Source of the DNA: Tubiluchus corallicola
Lineage: Eukaryota > Animalia > Priapulida
NCBI GenBank assembly: GCA_030141605.1
Contig: JAQGDQ010001219.1
Location: forward strand, 1-54,428
Direction of reading: 5' to 3'
DNA: 54,428 nucleotides
Part shown: positions 1 through 12,471 of the stretch, piece after piece
How the letters are laid out: every line of letters begins with the position of its first letter
How positions within the stretch are numbered: the stretch's first letter is position 1
Notes under the pieces: generated by a model
Database searches by the model: none
What the model saw: the letters and a program-made list of their open reading frames with translations, nothing else
What the model was told of the DNA's origin: nothing
Made by a program: the position numbers and the translations under genes

Positions 1-500
1 AACCTATGTCTAAGCTACATTGCTTACAGCAAAACCGGACTCAGTCTTAAACTGCAGGTCAAAACAAACTACTCTGTAAAATATTGAAATGAAACATTCT
101 ATTTTTTCAAGAATGACAAACGCAAAAGAGTTGTTAACATATAAACACAATTTCACGTTCATTGCCACTAGTTCTTCACTGGTACATGTATTTCGCCATT
201 CGTTAGTTAGATGGGCACTAGCGCCTACATGTCGGAAAAGCATTGCACAAAAAATGGGTGCTGTACCTTCAAGTTCAGATGTGTTAGTTTGTGACGAACT
301 ACACACGTTCGAGAACTCATGCGTGAGTACAGCGGTAAATTTGAAATTTGAATTTTCATCTTAAAACTTACCTAGTTTTTGTAAATCAGACTGAATGTTT
401 GCAGTAACACTGTACTTCAATTTTCACTTTCGCAAATAGATATAATGTAGAGAGGCATTAGCGCCTGCATATCGGAAATGCATTGCACAAAGAACGGGTC
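1..500 (+). repeat. Diverged dispersed repeat (direct copy at ~14793-15310), probably a decayed Penelope-like GIY-YIG region
   Basis: Seen: 1-430 aligns to 14793-15215 (aacctatgtctaagctacatt...gcagtaacactgtactt). More diverged relatives lie at ~18900-19400, ~27600-28100, ~10470-10970(-) and ~33800-34160(-). Inference: 'aagttcagatgtgttagtttgt...cacacgttcgagaactcatgcgtgagtacagcggt' resembles a frameshifted YKFxCxxC...RxxEHxG GIY-YIG motif. Confidence 0.5.
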
Positions 501-881
501 ATATGAATGACATTAAGAAAAGATTATTTGTATGTATAATGTACAACATATACTAATTGTACATAGAGTATGACATATATAAACATTACACGCAAGCTTT
601 AGATATGTAATTACAATTAGTAAATCGTAATGCTGAATTGTTAGCGTGCAGAACTTGATGTAAAAATTTGTTTAATGTACATAATATAAATATTTATTTA
701 ACATTTTTCTACTTCTGCGCACTGCTACTTATATTATTTCCATCACCGTTACGTTTTGCGTGAAATTTTTCTGTTTTTTGTTTATTTTTCTTTTGAGATT
801 CTTTCTATTGAACTTCTATAGTGTTAATTCAGTAAAACTAATGTGTCTATTGCAGGATTATGGGAAACTTCAGCTTTCAAC

Positions 882-2018
882 GTTTAGTGCAGGCGACGGT
901 GTGGGACGTATCGGGGTCGTGGTTTAGTGCAGGCGGCGGTGGTGTGGGACGTACCGGGGTCATGGTTTAGTGCAGGCGGCGGTGGTGTGGGACGTGCCGG
1001 GGTCATGGTTTAGTGCAGGCGGCGGTGGTGTGGGACGTGCCGGGGTCATGGTTTAGTGCAGGCGGCGGTGGTGTGGGATGTGCCGGGGTCATGGTTTAGT
1101 GCAGGCGGCGGTGGTGTGGGACGTATCGGGGTCGTGGTTTAGTGCAGGCGGCGGTGGTGTGGGACGTATCGGGGTCGTGGTTTAGTGCAGGCGGCGGTGG
1201 TGTGGGACGTGCCGGGGTCATGGTTTAGTGCAGGCGGCGGTGGTGTGGGACGTGCCGGGGTCATGGTTTAGTGCAGGCGGCGGTGGTGTGGGATGTGCCG
1301 GGGTCATGGTTTAGTGCAGGCGGCGGTGGTGTGGGACGTATCGGGGTCGTGGTTTAGTGCAGGCGGCGGTGGTGTGGGACGTATCGGGGTCGTGGTTTAG
1401 TGCAGGCGGCGGTGGTGTGGGACGTGCCGGGGTCATGGTTTAGTGCAGGCGGCGGTGGTGTGGGACGTGCCGGGGTCATGGTTTAGTGCAGGCGGCGGTG
1501 GTGTGGGATGTGCCGGGGTCATGGTTTAGTGCAGGCGGCGGTGGTGTGGGACGTATCGGGGTCGTGGTTTAGTGCAGGCGGCGGCGGTGTGGGACGTACC
1601 GGGGTCGTGGTTTAGTGCAGGCGGCGGTGGTGTGGGACGTGCCGGGGTCATGGTTTAGTGCAGGCGGCAGAGGTGACGGTGGTGGTGTGGGACGTGCCGG
1701 GGTCATGGTTTAGTGCAGGCGGCGGTGGTGTGGGACGTGCCGGGGTCATGGTTTAGCGCAGGCGGCGGTGGTGTGGGACGTACCGGGGTCATGGTTTAGT
1801 GCAGGCGGCGGTGGTGTGGGACGTACCGGGGTCGTGGTTTAGTGCAGGCAGCGGTGGTGTGGGACGTGCCAGGGTCATGGTTTAGTGCAGGTGGCAGAGG
1901 TGACGGTGGTGGTGTGGGACGTACCGGGGTCATGGTTTAGTGCAGGCGGCGGTGGTGTGGGACGTGCCGGGGTCATGGTTTAGTGCAGGCGGCAGAGGTG
2001 ACGGTGGTGGTGTGGGAC
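882..2018. repeat. 43-bp GC-rich minisatellite, ~26 copies
   Basis: Unit gtttagtgcaggcggcggtggtgtgggacgt(g/a)ccggggtc(a/g)tg; period 43 (catggtttag at 961 and 1004). Three distal units carry an extra agaggtgacggt. Confidence 0.97.
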
Positions 2019-2991
2019 CGGCGTCGTGGCTTAGTTGGCTTTTCTATTACTTTCTTGAAGTTGAATGTCAAATCTACCAAAGCTTTGAAGGTGTCCAGAA
2101 ACTTGGGAGAAGAGACCGGTGGACACATCTCCAACGGATGGACAAGTGGACGGGAGGAGGTCGAAACTGACACGCCCCTGAGTTATGATGTGATTTCTGT
2201 CCCGAGCGATAATGTCTCCAGGGAGGGTTGAAGCACGTCTTGTTTATACTTTCTAAACGAAAAAGAAAACAAACTATTACCAGATGAATTATAATGTAAA
2301 ATTCAAACTCTAATTCGTTATAGTCGATGTCATTTACAGAATGAACAATTTCAAATTGAAATTCGTTATGAGCGGGTGTGCGAGCGTGGGTGCGTGCGTG
2401 CGTGTGTGTGTGTTCTGACTGATTCTGACTTTGTAAATGTAATGTTTGTGGCCTAGGTTATCTTAGTTTTGTATCTTACCTATTTTTATATATATATATA
2501 TAAAGAAAATTAACAGAAAAGCTTATATAAAAACAAACCAAAAGAAATAAAGGAAATAATTTAATTCAACATTAACATGTTGTTTGTTAGCTCAACCAAT
2601 TGTTTCACAGCATCTGTCATCTCCAATGCTATAAACAACTAGAAGTGTAAACAAAGCCAAAACAAATAATAATAATTTTTATAAATTTCTTTACAAAAGA
2701 ACCACATTTTAAGTTGCAGTGGTAGTTGTTGTTATTGTAGTTTCTACAATTTGAATTTCACTCTTGTGATTGTGTAATGATATCATTTATTTTTTGCCTT
2801 GAACAGTAGTGTGATAGTTGTACTATTCTTTGTTTTGATTGATTGATCTATAGCATGCCAACTCGTGTACAATATCTCGCAAAGCAGTTCACACTTGCTA
2901 GTTTGCCATCAGAGACAAAACTGGCAGGCGTGAACGTGCCATAACAATGACGACAAACGGTACAGGTAAATTCAATTTAATGTTTTATTAC

Positions 2992-3108
2992 CTATCATAT
3001 CAGTGGTTGCCTCTGTTGAGGACACCAACAAGTCGGTCATTCGTCCGCTGTAACCATAGACAAATAATCCATCGAAACTAATTTCACCTGTGGATGCAGG
3101 CGTGCTAA
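2992..3108 (-). other. Candidate isolated 117-nt coding exon (phase 1-1), product unknown
   Basis: Minus strand reads ttgtttgtAG|TTAGCACG...GATATGATAG|GTaata with an open frame (xSTPASTGEISFDGLFVYGYSGRMTDLLVSSTEATTDMI). No family recognised. Confidence 0.25.
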
Positions 3109-3869
3109 CTACAAACAAATAGGACTCGTTAGTATAAAATTCAGTTCAGCTTATTTGCCCAAATGCTCTCCTAGTACATGGCCACATGACTAAATGTTAA
3201 AATAACATTCAAAAATTCATAGTATAACCAGTGCTGTGAGCAACAATGTTGTACAAAAAAATGAATTTACAATTAAAAACAAAAGAGAGACTGTAATTAG
3301 TTTCAAAACCTTACATTTTATTTAACACGTTAGCAGTTGTTAACAAAGTGTTGTTTTGTAAAATACTAAATGTATGAAATTGAAATTGGGTGCTTTATTG
3401 ATGTAGTGGCTTTTAATTTGTTGTTATGACGTTACTGCAGACTACAGACTACTGGGTGAACGTTAATAATATATAAGTTGTGATTTAATCTTTTCAGTTC
3501 ATTTTTGATTTTTTTAGATTGTACATAAGAAATACAACCTATAATTATACAAAAATATAAATTTGGTCAAGATACAAAAAATATTCTAGTGGGATAGTAC
3601 AACATTGACAAAAGTTAATGCTAAATTACTACAATGCAAAATCTGGTATCAACATAAATTTCATTTATATAAAACTCACTGCATAAGTTTTCTTATATTG
3701 TTGAGTTGATGTGCTGATGATTTATAAACTTTGTATGTTACATATAATTCTGTATATACATGTACATATTGGTATAAAATAGATATATATAAAATATAAT
3801 CTAAACTTGCTTTTCTTGGATAAGCGATCTTTTGGATAAATTTGGTAATAAGACCAATATGAAGCTCAC

Positions 3870-5704
3870 GTATGGTCTATTGTCATAACTAGGTATGGTC
3901 TATTGTCATAATTAGGTACGGTCTATTGTCATAATTAGGTATGGTCTATTGTCATAACTAGGTATGGTCTATTGTCATAATTAGGTATGGTCTATTGTCA
4001 TAACTAGGTATGATCTATTGTCCTAACTAGGTACGGTTTATTGTCATAATTAGGTATGGTCTATTGTCATAACTAGGTATGGTCTATTGTCATAACTAGG
4101 TATGGTCTATTGTCATAATTAGGTATGATCTATTGTCATAACTAGGTACGGTCTATTGTCATAATTAGGTATGGTCTATTGTCATAACTAGGTACGGTCT
4201 ATTGTCATAATTAGGTATGGTCTATTGTCATAACTAGGTACGGTCTATTGTCATAATTAGGTATGGTCTATTGTCATAACTAGGTATGGTCTATTGTCAT
4301 AACTAGGTATGGTCTATTGTCATAATTAGGTACGGTCTATTGTCATAACTAGGTATGGTCTATTGTCATAATTAGGTACGGTCATTGTCATAACTAGGTA
4401 TGGTCTATTGTCATAATTAGGTACGGTCTATTGTCATAATTAGGTATGGTCTATTGTCATAATTAGGTACGGTCTATTGTCATAATTAGGTATGGTCTAT
4501 TGTCATAATTAGGTATGGTCTATTGTCATAACTAGGTATGGTCTATTGTCATAACTAGGTATGGTCTATTGTCATAATTAGGTACGGTCTATTGTCATAA
4601 TTAGGTATGGTTTATTGTCATAACTAGGTATGGTCTATTGTCATAACTAGGTATGGTCTATTGTCATAACTAGGTACGGTCTATTGTCATAATTAGGTAT
4701 GGTCTATTGTCATAATTAGGTATGGTCTATTGTCATAATTAGGTATGGTCTATTGTCATAATTAGGTATGGTCTATTGTCATAACTAGGTATGGTCTATT
4801 GTCATAATTAGGTACGGTCTATTGTCATAATTAGGTATGGTTTATTGTCATAACTAGGTATGGTCTATTGTCATAACTAGGTATGGTCTATTGTCATAAC
4901 TAGGTACGGTCTATTGTCATAATTAGGTATGGTCTATTGTCATAATTAGGTATGGTTTATTGTCATAATTAGGTATGGTCTATTGTCATAATTAGGTATG
5001 GTCTATTGTCATAACTAGGTATGGTCTATTGTCATAACTAGGTATGGTCTATTGTCATAACTAGGTACGGTCTATTGTCATAATTAGGTATGGTCTATTG
5101 TCATAATTAGGTATGGTCTATTGTCATAATTAGGTATGGTCTATTGTCATAACTAGGTATGGTCTATTGTCATAACTAGGTATGGTCTACTGTCATAACT
5201 AGGTATGGTCTATTGTCATAATTAGGTATGGTCTATTGTCATAACTAGGTATGGTCTATTGTCATAATTAGGTATGGTCTATTGTCATAACTAGGTATGG
5301 TCTATTGTCATAATTAGGTATGGTCTATTGTCATAACTAGGTATGGTCTATTGTCATAATTTGGTATGATCTATTGTCATAACTAGGTACGGTCTATTGT
5401 CATAATTAGGTATGGTCTATTGTCATAACTAGGTACGGTCTATTGTCATAATTAGGTATGGTCTATTGTCATAACTAGGTACGGTCTATTGTCATAACTA
5501 GGTATGGTCTATTGTCATAACTAGGTACGGTCTATTGTCATAATTAGGTATGGTCTATTGTCATAACTAGGTACGGTCTATTGTCATAATTAGGTATGGT
5601 CTATTGTCATAACTAGGTACGGTCTATTGTCATAATTAGGTATGGTCTATTGTCATAACTAGGTACGGTCTATTGTCATAACTAGGTATGGTCTATTGTC
5701 ATAA
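3870..5704. repeat. 23-bp minisatellite, ~80 copies
   Basis: Unit taggta(t/c)ggtctattgtcataa(c/t); period 23, contiguous, no spacers. Confidence 0.98.
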
Positions 5705-6784
5705 TGTATCTATTAATGTAGTTTCCAGTCTGTACGTTTGTCATATCATATACTAATTTTAACTTACTGAAGCCTAGTTAGGACATTAATCAGGTAACCA
5801 ATATTCTAACTAGATTATAGCCTAGAGCGCCAAAGTTTAAGGGTCCCACATTTTAGAAAAAAATTCTTATTCGCTTAGGAAAATGTGTACACTCTCATAT
5901 TGTATATTTTCATATTTATGGAAAGGGCGCATTTTATTACACATCACAGGCAGTTACTGAGCATTACTTCTATATAAGTGCCGCATTGTGAACAGGTGCA
6001 AGGTATTACACAACAAGTAGTTGTACACAGCCTGCTTGAATACAAACACTATGCAAATACATGTAATTAAAAATGACCATGTTGAAACTAGGTTAATAGT
6101 CTTTCTAATACACCACAAATAATTGTTTAATCTCCTCATTACATAAGCAACAATAAATTCACATTAGAGATGGGCGGGATTGAACCATAAGCCTATTGCA
6201 TCGTAAAGTGTTGAAACGCCCCCTGTATGCAGTTAACCAAAAACTGTTATTGTGTGATAATCTGTTTAATCATCTCATTGTAGATATCGTCTAATTTTAC
6301 TTGATATATTCTAATCATCTGTTCTTAGATTTTTTTCTTCACCTAAACAATAGGACCCAGTAGACAGATGCAATATGAGTAATTTCGTGTTTTTTGGGTA
6401 AGAAACGAAGATTGGGTGTTTGAACTTGGGGCAAAATTTCAGCACTAGCCTTGCTGTCTGGCACTTTTGATTAAATCAGTTTCAAAAATGAGCAAGCAGC
6501 CATTAAGGATGTCCGTCATATTATCTACACTGTGTTGTCTACTCATGCTCATGTTGAAGAAATAGCACGTTCACTTGTTTTTACGTCACTTACCTAACAA
6601 AACCCATCAAGGAACAGTCATATTTCCTTCTGATTTCCAAGTGAGGCACAAATTGTGCTAAACTTTTTCGTCTTCCACAAGGCTGAGAAATCCAGGTATT
6701 ACTCTGTAAATCATATAAATTATTATAAAAACCCTCAAAAGCATTTTGTGCATGAACATTCTACATGTTTTTGCGTATAGGAGA

Positions 6785-6803
6785 TAATAATAATAATAAC
6801 AAC

Positions 6804-6845
<42 letters not shown>
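6785..6845. repeat. (AAT)n microsatellite followed by (CAGT)n
   Basis: Directly visible; abuts the start of the BEL LTR. Confidence 0.95.
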
Positions 6846-6862
6846 TCAGTCAGTCAGTCACT

Positions 6863-7078
6863 TGAAGTTTGGGCTTCACGATTCGCCCCCCATAAAGAAG
6901 CCATTGAATTGAATTGATTTTACGTGTAACTGTAGAAAAGAAGTTAGGCAGTTGTTGAGTTGGTATGAAAGGGCAAACGAGCATATTGCATTCGAAAAAA
7001 AAGAATAAAGTTTAGCGTTACGACGGTGGTAAAAATTCTCGTCTTTTCGTTTTATTTGTCACAAAAGTCACCACGACA
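6863..7078 (+). repeat. BEL/Pao 5' LTR (first few bases eroded)
   Basis: Reverse complement of the 43047-43265 LTR with visible divergence; contains AATAAA and ends in CA directly before the PBS. Confidence 0.85.
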
Positions 7079-7080
7079 AT

Positions 7081-7100
7081 TGGTGCAAGGAAACCCGGGA
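7081..7100 (+). promoter_or_regulatory. Primer-binding site, tRNA-Phe-like (imperfect)
   Basis: TGGTGCaagGAAACCCGGGA versus TGGTGCcGAAACCCGGGA, the complement of the eukaryotic tRNA-Phe 3' end (recalled, not searched); 2 nt after the LTR. Confidence 0.65.
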
Positions 7101-7599
7101 ATACCAGGAACATTTAGATGCGCTTATTAGAAAGCATTTCAAGCGCAAAATAAAGACTATTTCGGCACATAAAAGTAAACGGGTGTCTACGTACGGTTTT
7201 ACCTGGCTTCAAGCTTTTGACTTGCAACGTTTGTTAGCGAAATCTGTTTGGATTATGAACAATAATGAACGTAATCTCGCATTCGTACGCTCCTTTGAAG
7301 ACGATCGTAACTGTCAAGTTTCGAAAAAACTGTGCGGAGTCAACAATGAACTATTTTTGTTGCTAAAACCTGTTGACTAACATCGAGCTTTGACTTTACT
7401 GAGGTGGTTCGTCATGCCAAACAAGGATCAAATGCCCGACGGAAGTATCCCAGCTAGTGCTAGAGACTTAGGCTACATTAAACAAGCACGAACCAAGGCA
7501 AGGAAAAGCCTGCAAGAGGAAATCGAGCTAGCTAACGAATTGGTGTCAAGAGATGAGTCAACGATTGGTGACATTTCAAACTATCTGTAGCGTGTCAAG

Positions 7600-9258
7600 A
7601 TGTGCAAACACACTCTCCAGAATCGTTTGGCAAAGCTGGAAGATCTCACATTAAAGTTCTCGGAGCGTGGTATGACAGCTGAAGCAGACGAAGCAACAAT
7701 AAAAGCAGCAGACCAGTACTTGGAGGAAGATAACGAATTCCTTGGCATGGTATCTCAAGTTACTTTTTTGTTAGATGAATGTATTACTAAGTTTTCTGTA
7801 AAAAATGTTAAAAGGGATTTAACTGATGAGTTTCACACTGTTTCTGAGATACCTCATAGTCGTGCAGTTGATAAAAAACCTACTGTTGTTCATGCGGCTG
7901 CGTCCGCATCTCAATTTACTGATAATGACTCACCTGTTGCTCCGCCCCGTCGTAAGAGAAATACTAGTCTTGCCCCCATCACGCCAACTAGTGGTAACCT
8001 TGTACAGTCACGCAGTTATGTTAAACTGCCAAAATTCGAACTGAAATCATTTTCTGGGCAGATTTTAGAATGGCGTGAATTTTGGGATGCGTTCAAAACT
8101 ATGGTTCATGATCACCCAGATTTAGAAAATATTCAAAAATTTCAGTATTTGAAGAGCAAGCTTACAGGTCCTGCTCTTAGTGCAGTAGAAGGTTTTTCAC
8201 TCAGTAATGAAAACTATTTGCAAGCGTTAGATGTTTTAAGAAGCCGTTTTGGCAAAGAACAAAGCATTATTAATGTACATTATAAAGCTTTGGCACATCT
8301 TGAAAAATCCGGAGAAAATGCTAAATGTCTTAGGAAATTTCAAGATAGTCTTGAGTTGCACTTGCGAAGTTTGGAGGCAGTGGGTGAATGCGTTGACAGC
8401 CGTGTTATTATCCCATTAGTATTAGAAAAATTACCACGTTCAGTAGTGCAACAAATGCGCATTACAATGGACCCTGATAGCGCTTGGTCAGTTTCAGATA
8501 TAAGACAACGTCTTAATCGCCACATTCTTACTTTAGAAGCGGTTGAAAATGAAACAGCTGCCTCCAGCTTTCAGCAACCATTCTCTAAGGCTAATGAGAG
8601 ATTTCCTAAGAAGTTTGTAAGTGCATCAAGGCACGAAACTGTTCTTGGCGCTTCAGATAAGCAAAGCTCCGCCCACACGCCACAACGTAAAAACGTTAGT
8701 GCACATTCTGATTATCCAGCACGCAATTGTATTTTTTGTAAAGGCCCACATTGGGCAGATCAGTGTGGCAATTTTGCTACAGCTAGAGAGAGGAAGAGAC
8801 TTCTGAAAAATCGTTGTTTTATTTGTCTAAGAGAAAATCATCAAGCTCACCAATGTAGATCAGGCAGAAGCTGTTATTTCTGCCATAAAAATACTCATCA
8901 CCGTAGTTTGTGCACAGAGCAATTTCCAGATAAAAATCGAGAAGCAACACTAGCTTGTTCACCCAGTTTAAGTTTGTATTCTAGTAATGAACAGGTTGTC
9001 ATGCAAACAGCACTCGTTCGTGTTAGTCATCCTGTTTCTCACAAGACTGTTACAATTCGAGCCTATCTTGATTGTGGTTCTCAGTCCAGCTATATTAGTG
9101 CTAGGCTGGCTAATTTGCTGAATGTTCCTAAGGGCACTTCTGAAGTGCTTCAAGTAGCTACATTTGCAAGTAAAAATGTTAGGCAAATTTCTTGCTATCA
9201 TACATACCTCAGATACATCATAATACCTTCTACAATAAGACGCCATCTTGTGAGATAA
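7600..9258 (+). CDS. BEL/Pao Gag (DUF1759-type, three CCHC knuckles) plus start of aspartic protease; disrupted
   Basis: KLPKFELKSFSGQILEWREFWDAF; CIFCKGPHWADQC, CFICLRENHQAHQC, CYFCHKNTHHRSLC; AYLDCGSQSSYIS. The same frame extends up to ATG 7414 across a single TAG at 7588-7590. Codons after 9208 are foreign sequence. Confidence 0.9.
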   Translation: MCKHTLQNRLAKLEDLTLKFSERGMTAEADEATIKAADQYLEEDNEFLGMVSQVTFLLDECITKFSVKNVKRDLTDEFHTVSEIPHSRAVDKKPTVVHAAASASQFTDNDSPVAPPRRKRNTSLAPITPTSGNLVQSRSYVKLPKFELKSFSGQILEWREFWDAFKTMVHDHPDLENIQKFQYLKSKLTGPALSAVEGFSLSNENYLQALDVLRSRFGKEQSIINVHYKALAHLEKSGENAKCLRKFQDSLELHLRSLEAVGECVDSRVIIPLVLEKLPRSVVQQMRITMDPDSAWSVSDIRQRLNRHILTLEAVENETAASSFQQPFSKANERFPKKFVSASRHETVLGASDKQSSAHTPQRKNVSAHSDYPARNCIFCKGPHWADQCGNFATARERKRLLKNRCFICLRENHQAHQCRSGRSCYFCHKNTHHRSLCTEQFPDKNREATLACSPSLSLYSSNEQVVMQTALVRVSHPVSHKTVTIRAYLDCGSQSSYISARLANLLNVPKGTSEVLQVATFASKNVRQISCYHTYLRYIIIPSTIRRHLVR

Positions 9259-10100
9259 CTTTCAGTTTTAACTATTTATGCTTTTATAACGAGCGTCTTT
9301 GTGTTAGTCTAATAATGAGTCGGTCTCATACAACTTGGCCTAGAACAGAATTTAGATTTTTAATAATTTCTTAAATAATTTACCTAATTAGATGAGCTCT
9401 TAGCGGTCTGCACCACTGGCATCACAAAATAGTCATGGTACATTCAGGCTGTCTGACTCATTTTGCATTTAGAACTATTCCTGTAGAAAACTGTTGTATA
9501 AAGTTGTAAACCTGTCCACTTTACTGAATGTGAACAGCCAATGAGAACTAGTTTTTTTGCATTTCAATTTGGATTTTGCAAACTGATCTAAATTTACATT
9601 AGATTATTTTACAAATTTTCTCTGATGCAGCACTAATTCTGACTAATTCTAACGTTTATGACTAAAATTTTGTAAATATCTAAACTTATGGTTAGTATGT
9701 TAATAAAATAAACAGATTTTATTGTAATGGTTATTTTACCTGTGCTGAGGAGTACAGCACTCTTATAAAAATACTAACAGCAGTTGATGATAATTTGTGA
9801 TAGGCATTTTCACTTCGCTAACAGTTTTATATTCACGCCTGACGTCTTTTTTCGGAATAAAGTCATTTTTAAACATAGAAATACTTCTTCACTTGAAAAA
9901 CGGAAATAATGCGCTGTTGCCAGTCTCACTTTTGAGAGTTCTTGATCAATATATGGATCACGGATCGACTGTTTTCTCTGAATTCAAATATTAAGCTCGA
10001 TTAAAATGATTCCGTATTTTTTACAGACAATGAAAAACATTTATAGTTAAAAATTACACAACTTTATTAAAACTTTTACATTATAAAAGTTAAAATCATG

Positions 10101-10139
10101 CCAAACGTTTCGACAGGCTGGCGCTGTCATCATCAGTGG
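10101..10139 (-). ncRNA. Minimal type I hammerhead ribozyme motif (Penelope-type)
   Basis: Reverse complement = CCA CTGATGA T GACAG cgccagc CTGTC GAAAC GTT TGG. Confidence 0.8.
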
Positions 10140-11152
10140 TAAATTTACAAACATACAACCAGTTTATATAGGCAGAGCCTATTATGGCACTAATTAAGTA
10201 GTTAACAGAAGGCAAATAGGTAATAATAAAGCAGGCCAGAAGAAAAGAAATTGATACAGTAACAAATAGCTAAGTGTTTGAAAATAAACTTAAAGGAATT
10301 GAGCTGCTTTGTACATTAAAAGAAGGATTATTAGGGTATATAGATAAACTTCCTTTTCTTAATAAGTTCCAGTTATTTGTATATCTGTATTTGTTAATTA
10401 AAAAACGTCTAACACATTTTCATTAACACAAGAGCTAAAATATCATTGGCTGTTCATAAGGTTAAAAATTTTGGGATTAATCGAGCCCAAGTAGTGATGA
10501 CATCACAACTGAACATATTTTTCAACAGCACAAGCATTCCATGAGCGTGTTGCATGTGCTTGCGAAAGCAGAAATAAAAGTGCACAATGCTACAGTAACT
10601 GTACAACATTTTTCGTGATATACAAAAAGTCCGCAAATTTTGTTTAAGTTTAGAATTCAAATTTTAAATCTACCGCTATGCTCACACACGAGCTCTCGAA
10701 CGTGTGTGCCACATCACAATTGAACCATATCTAGAGTTGGAGGCACTAGTCGAGATGGAGACGCTTTTGCCCACCTCACTAACGAATTATCGAAATGCAT
10801 GCAGAAGGTTAGAAGTAATTTACGTGAATATGAAATTACGTTTCTGGTGTAATAATTCTTGGACGTAAGTCATTCTTGAAGGAACAGTATGTTCCCTTTC
10901 AATAATTTGAAGATTAGATAGTTTTGTGCCATAGCTTAAGATAGGGTCCAGTTCTCGTTTAAGCCAAGGATGTTATTGGGAAGAGGTCCATTTCACATAT
11001 TTATCAGCTTGTCTGTCCTGTTACAGTTTATTTGCACAACAGAACGAAATTTTTCAACATTTTTACATTAAGTGAATGAGAGCACTATTGTTTCTATGAA
11101 TTTCAAATTGATATTTATTTAGAAATATTAAGATTGTAAGTGTTGTAAATAC

Positions 11153-11351
11153 CGGTTTATAAATCCATTGTCTTTCTTTGGGATTCTCTTCCAAATATCT
11201 TTTGAACGCCACCCTTCTGGGCTGGTAAGATAAACGTAAGAGGTACGAAGCTAAAATCTTCTGTTCCGTATTTGCCTCTTAGAAATTTGATGTTTCTCCA
11301 GAAACCGTCCTTCTGGCAAGTTTCTTTTCCTGATCCGGGAAAATGGTTGTG
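11153..11351 (-). pseudogene. Tubulin-tyrosine-ligase-like (TTLL4/5-type polyglutamylase) single-exon fragment, frameshifted
   Basis: HNHFPGS...KDGFWRN...FSFVPLTFILP / KRYLEENPKERQWIYKP; AG and GT flanks; same 199 nt as 18503-18701. Confidence 0.8.
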
Positions 11352-11508
11352 CTGAAATATATGGATCACGGATCGACTGTTTTCTCTGAATTCAAATATT
11401 AAGCTCGATTAAAATGATTCCGTATTTTTTACAGACAATGAAAAACATTTATAGTTAAAAATTACACAACTTTATTAAAACTTTTACATTATAAAAGTTA
11501 AAATCATG

Positions 11509-11547
11509 CCAAACGTTTCGACAGGCTGGCGCTGTCATCATCAGTGG
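11509..11547 (-). ncRNA. Minimal type I hammerhead ribozyme motif (Penelope-type)
   Basis: Same core as 10101-10139: CTGATGA, stem II GACAG/CTGTC, GAAAC-GTT, stem I CCA/TGG. Confidence 0.8.
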
Positions 11548-12471
11548 TAAATTTACAAACATACAACCAGATTATATAGACAGAGCCTATTATGGCACTA
11601 ATTAAGTAGTTAACAGAAGGCAAATAGGTAATAATAAAGCAGGCCAGAAGAAAAGAAATTGATACAGTAACAAATAGCTAAGTGTTGGATGTTTCGTTTT
11701 TCACTTAAAGTAGTAAATTGGTCGTACTTGTTGCACACGGCATTCACCAAATTCACTACGAAATTCACCAGCAGTGCCAGAAACGTCTACAATTCCATAG
11801 CAACCACCATTTCGTACGGTTATTAAGGTGTTTTTGTAGAAATTGGATAAAAACAAAGGTCAACTCTAGTCTAGTTTTTCGTTACGCAATTATTTAACGT
11901 GAATTATCTCAGCTTAGAAATACCATAAAGCGATGAACTTGGCATCAAAATGATCCTCATGAAATGGAGTTTCATAATATGTGAATAACTAAAAAAGCTG
12001 ATCTTTCAACAGATTTGCACTGCAAGCATCCATATAGATTAAATTCTTATTTGGATGGTTTTCTTTCCTGTTCGTTGACCTGTTGAGGTCATACGCCTTG
12101 ATTTGTTGAGATATTTGTTTTACCGGAACCATTCGGTAACTATATAAAGTACACTCGCTTTGAAGCAATTAATTGTAATTAATTAATCACCCGACTACGG
12201 GAGCTTCGGTTGCGTCGATAGGGCAGTGATATCTTCCCGCACGACCTTGAACCACGAAATATGCGTCGTGTTATAAATCTTTATCCCCCTAGTTGACAAG
12301 CAGGCTTCCACAATAAGCCGTCTCAATGTGAATAACTCTATGTATAGATCCTTTATGCAGTAAATTCAAGGTGCAAGCTGAGTGAGTCATCATAGCTGAA
12401 CGGCATAATCTTCGTTCAGAATCTAATCTATTATGATTAATCTAATTTCGAATTTTCTATTGATTAATTCC

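Larger units (their letters stand above)
6863..9208 (+). mobile_element. BEL/Pao LTR retrotransposon, 5' half (LTR, PBS, gag-protease), truncated at 9208
   Basis: LTR ending ...gtcaccacgACA (7078), TGG-PBS at 7081, then a gag/protease ORF. Sequence from 9209 switches to an unrelated repeat. Confidence 0.9.

Noticed and set aside
3870-5704. CRISPR-like appearance of the 23-, 32-, 43- and 65-bp arrays
   Set aside because: Units are head-to-tail with no unique spacers, there are no cas genes, and the context is eukaryotic.
6168-6215. tRNA gene on the minus strand (GGTTCAATCCCGC B-box-like)
   Set aside because: No A-box or cloverleaf found; at most a SINE relic.
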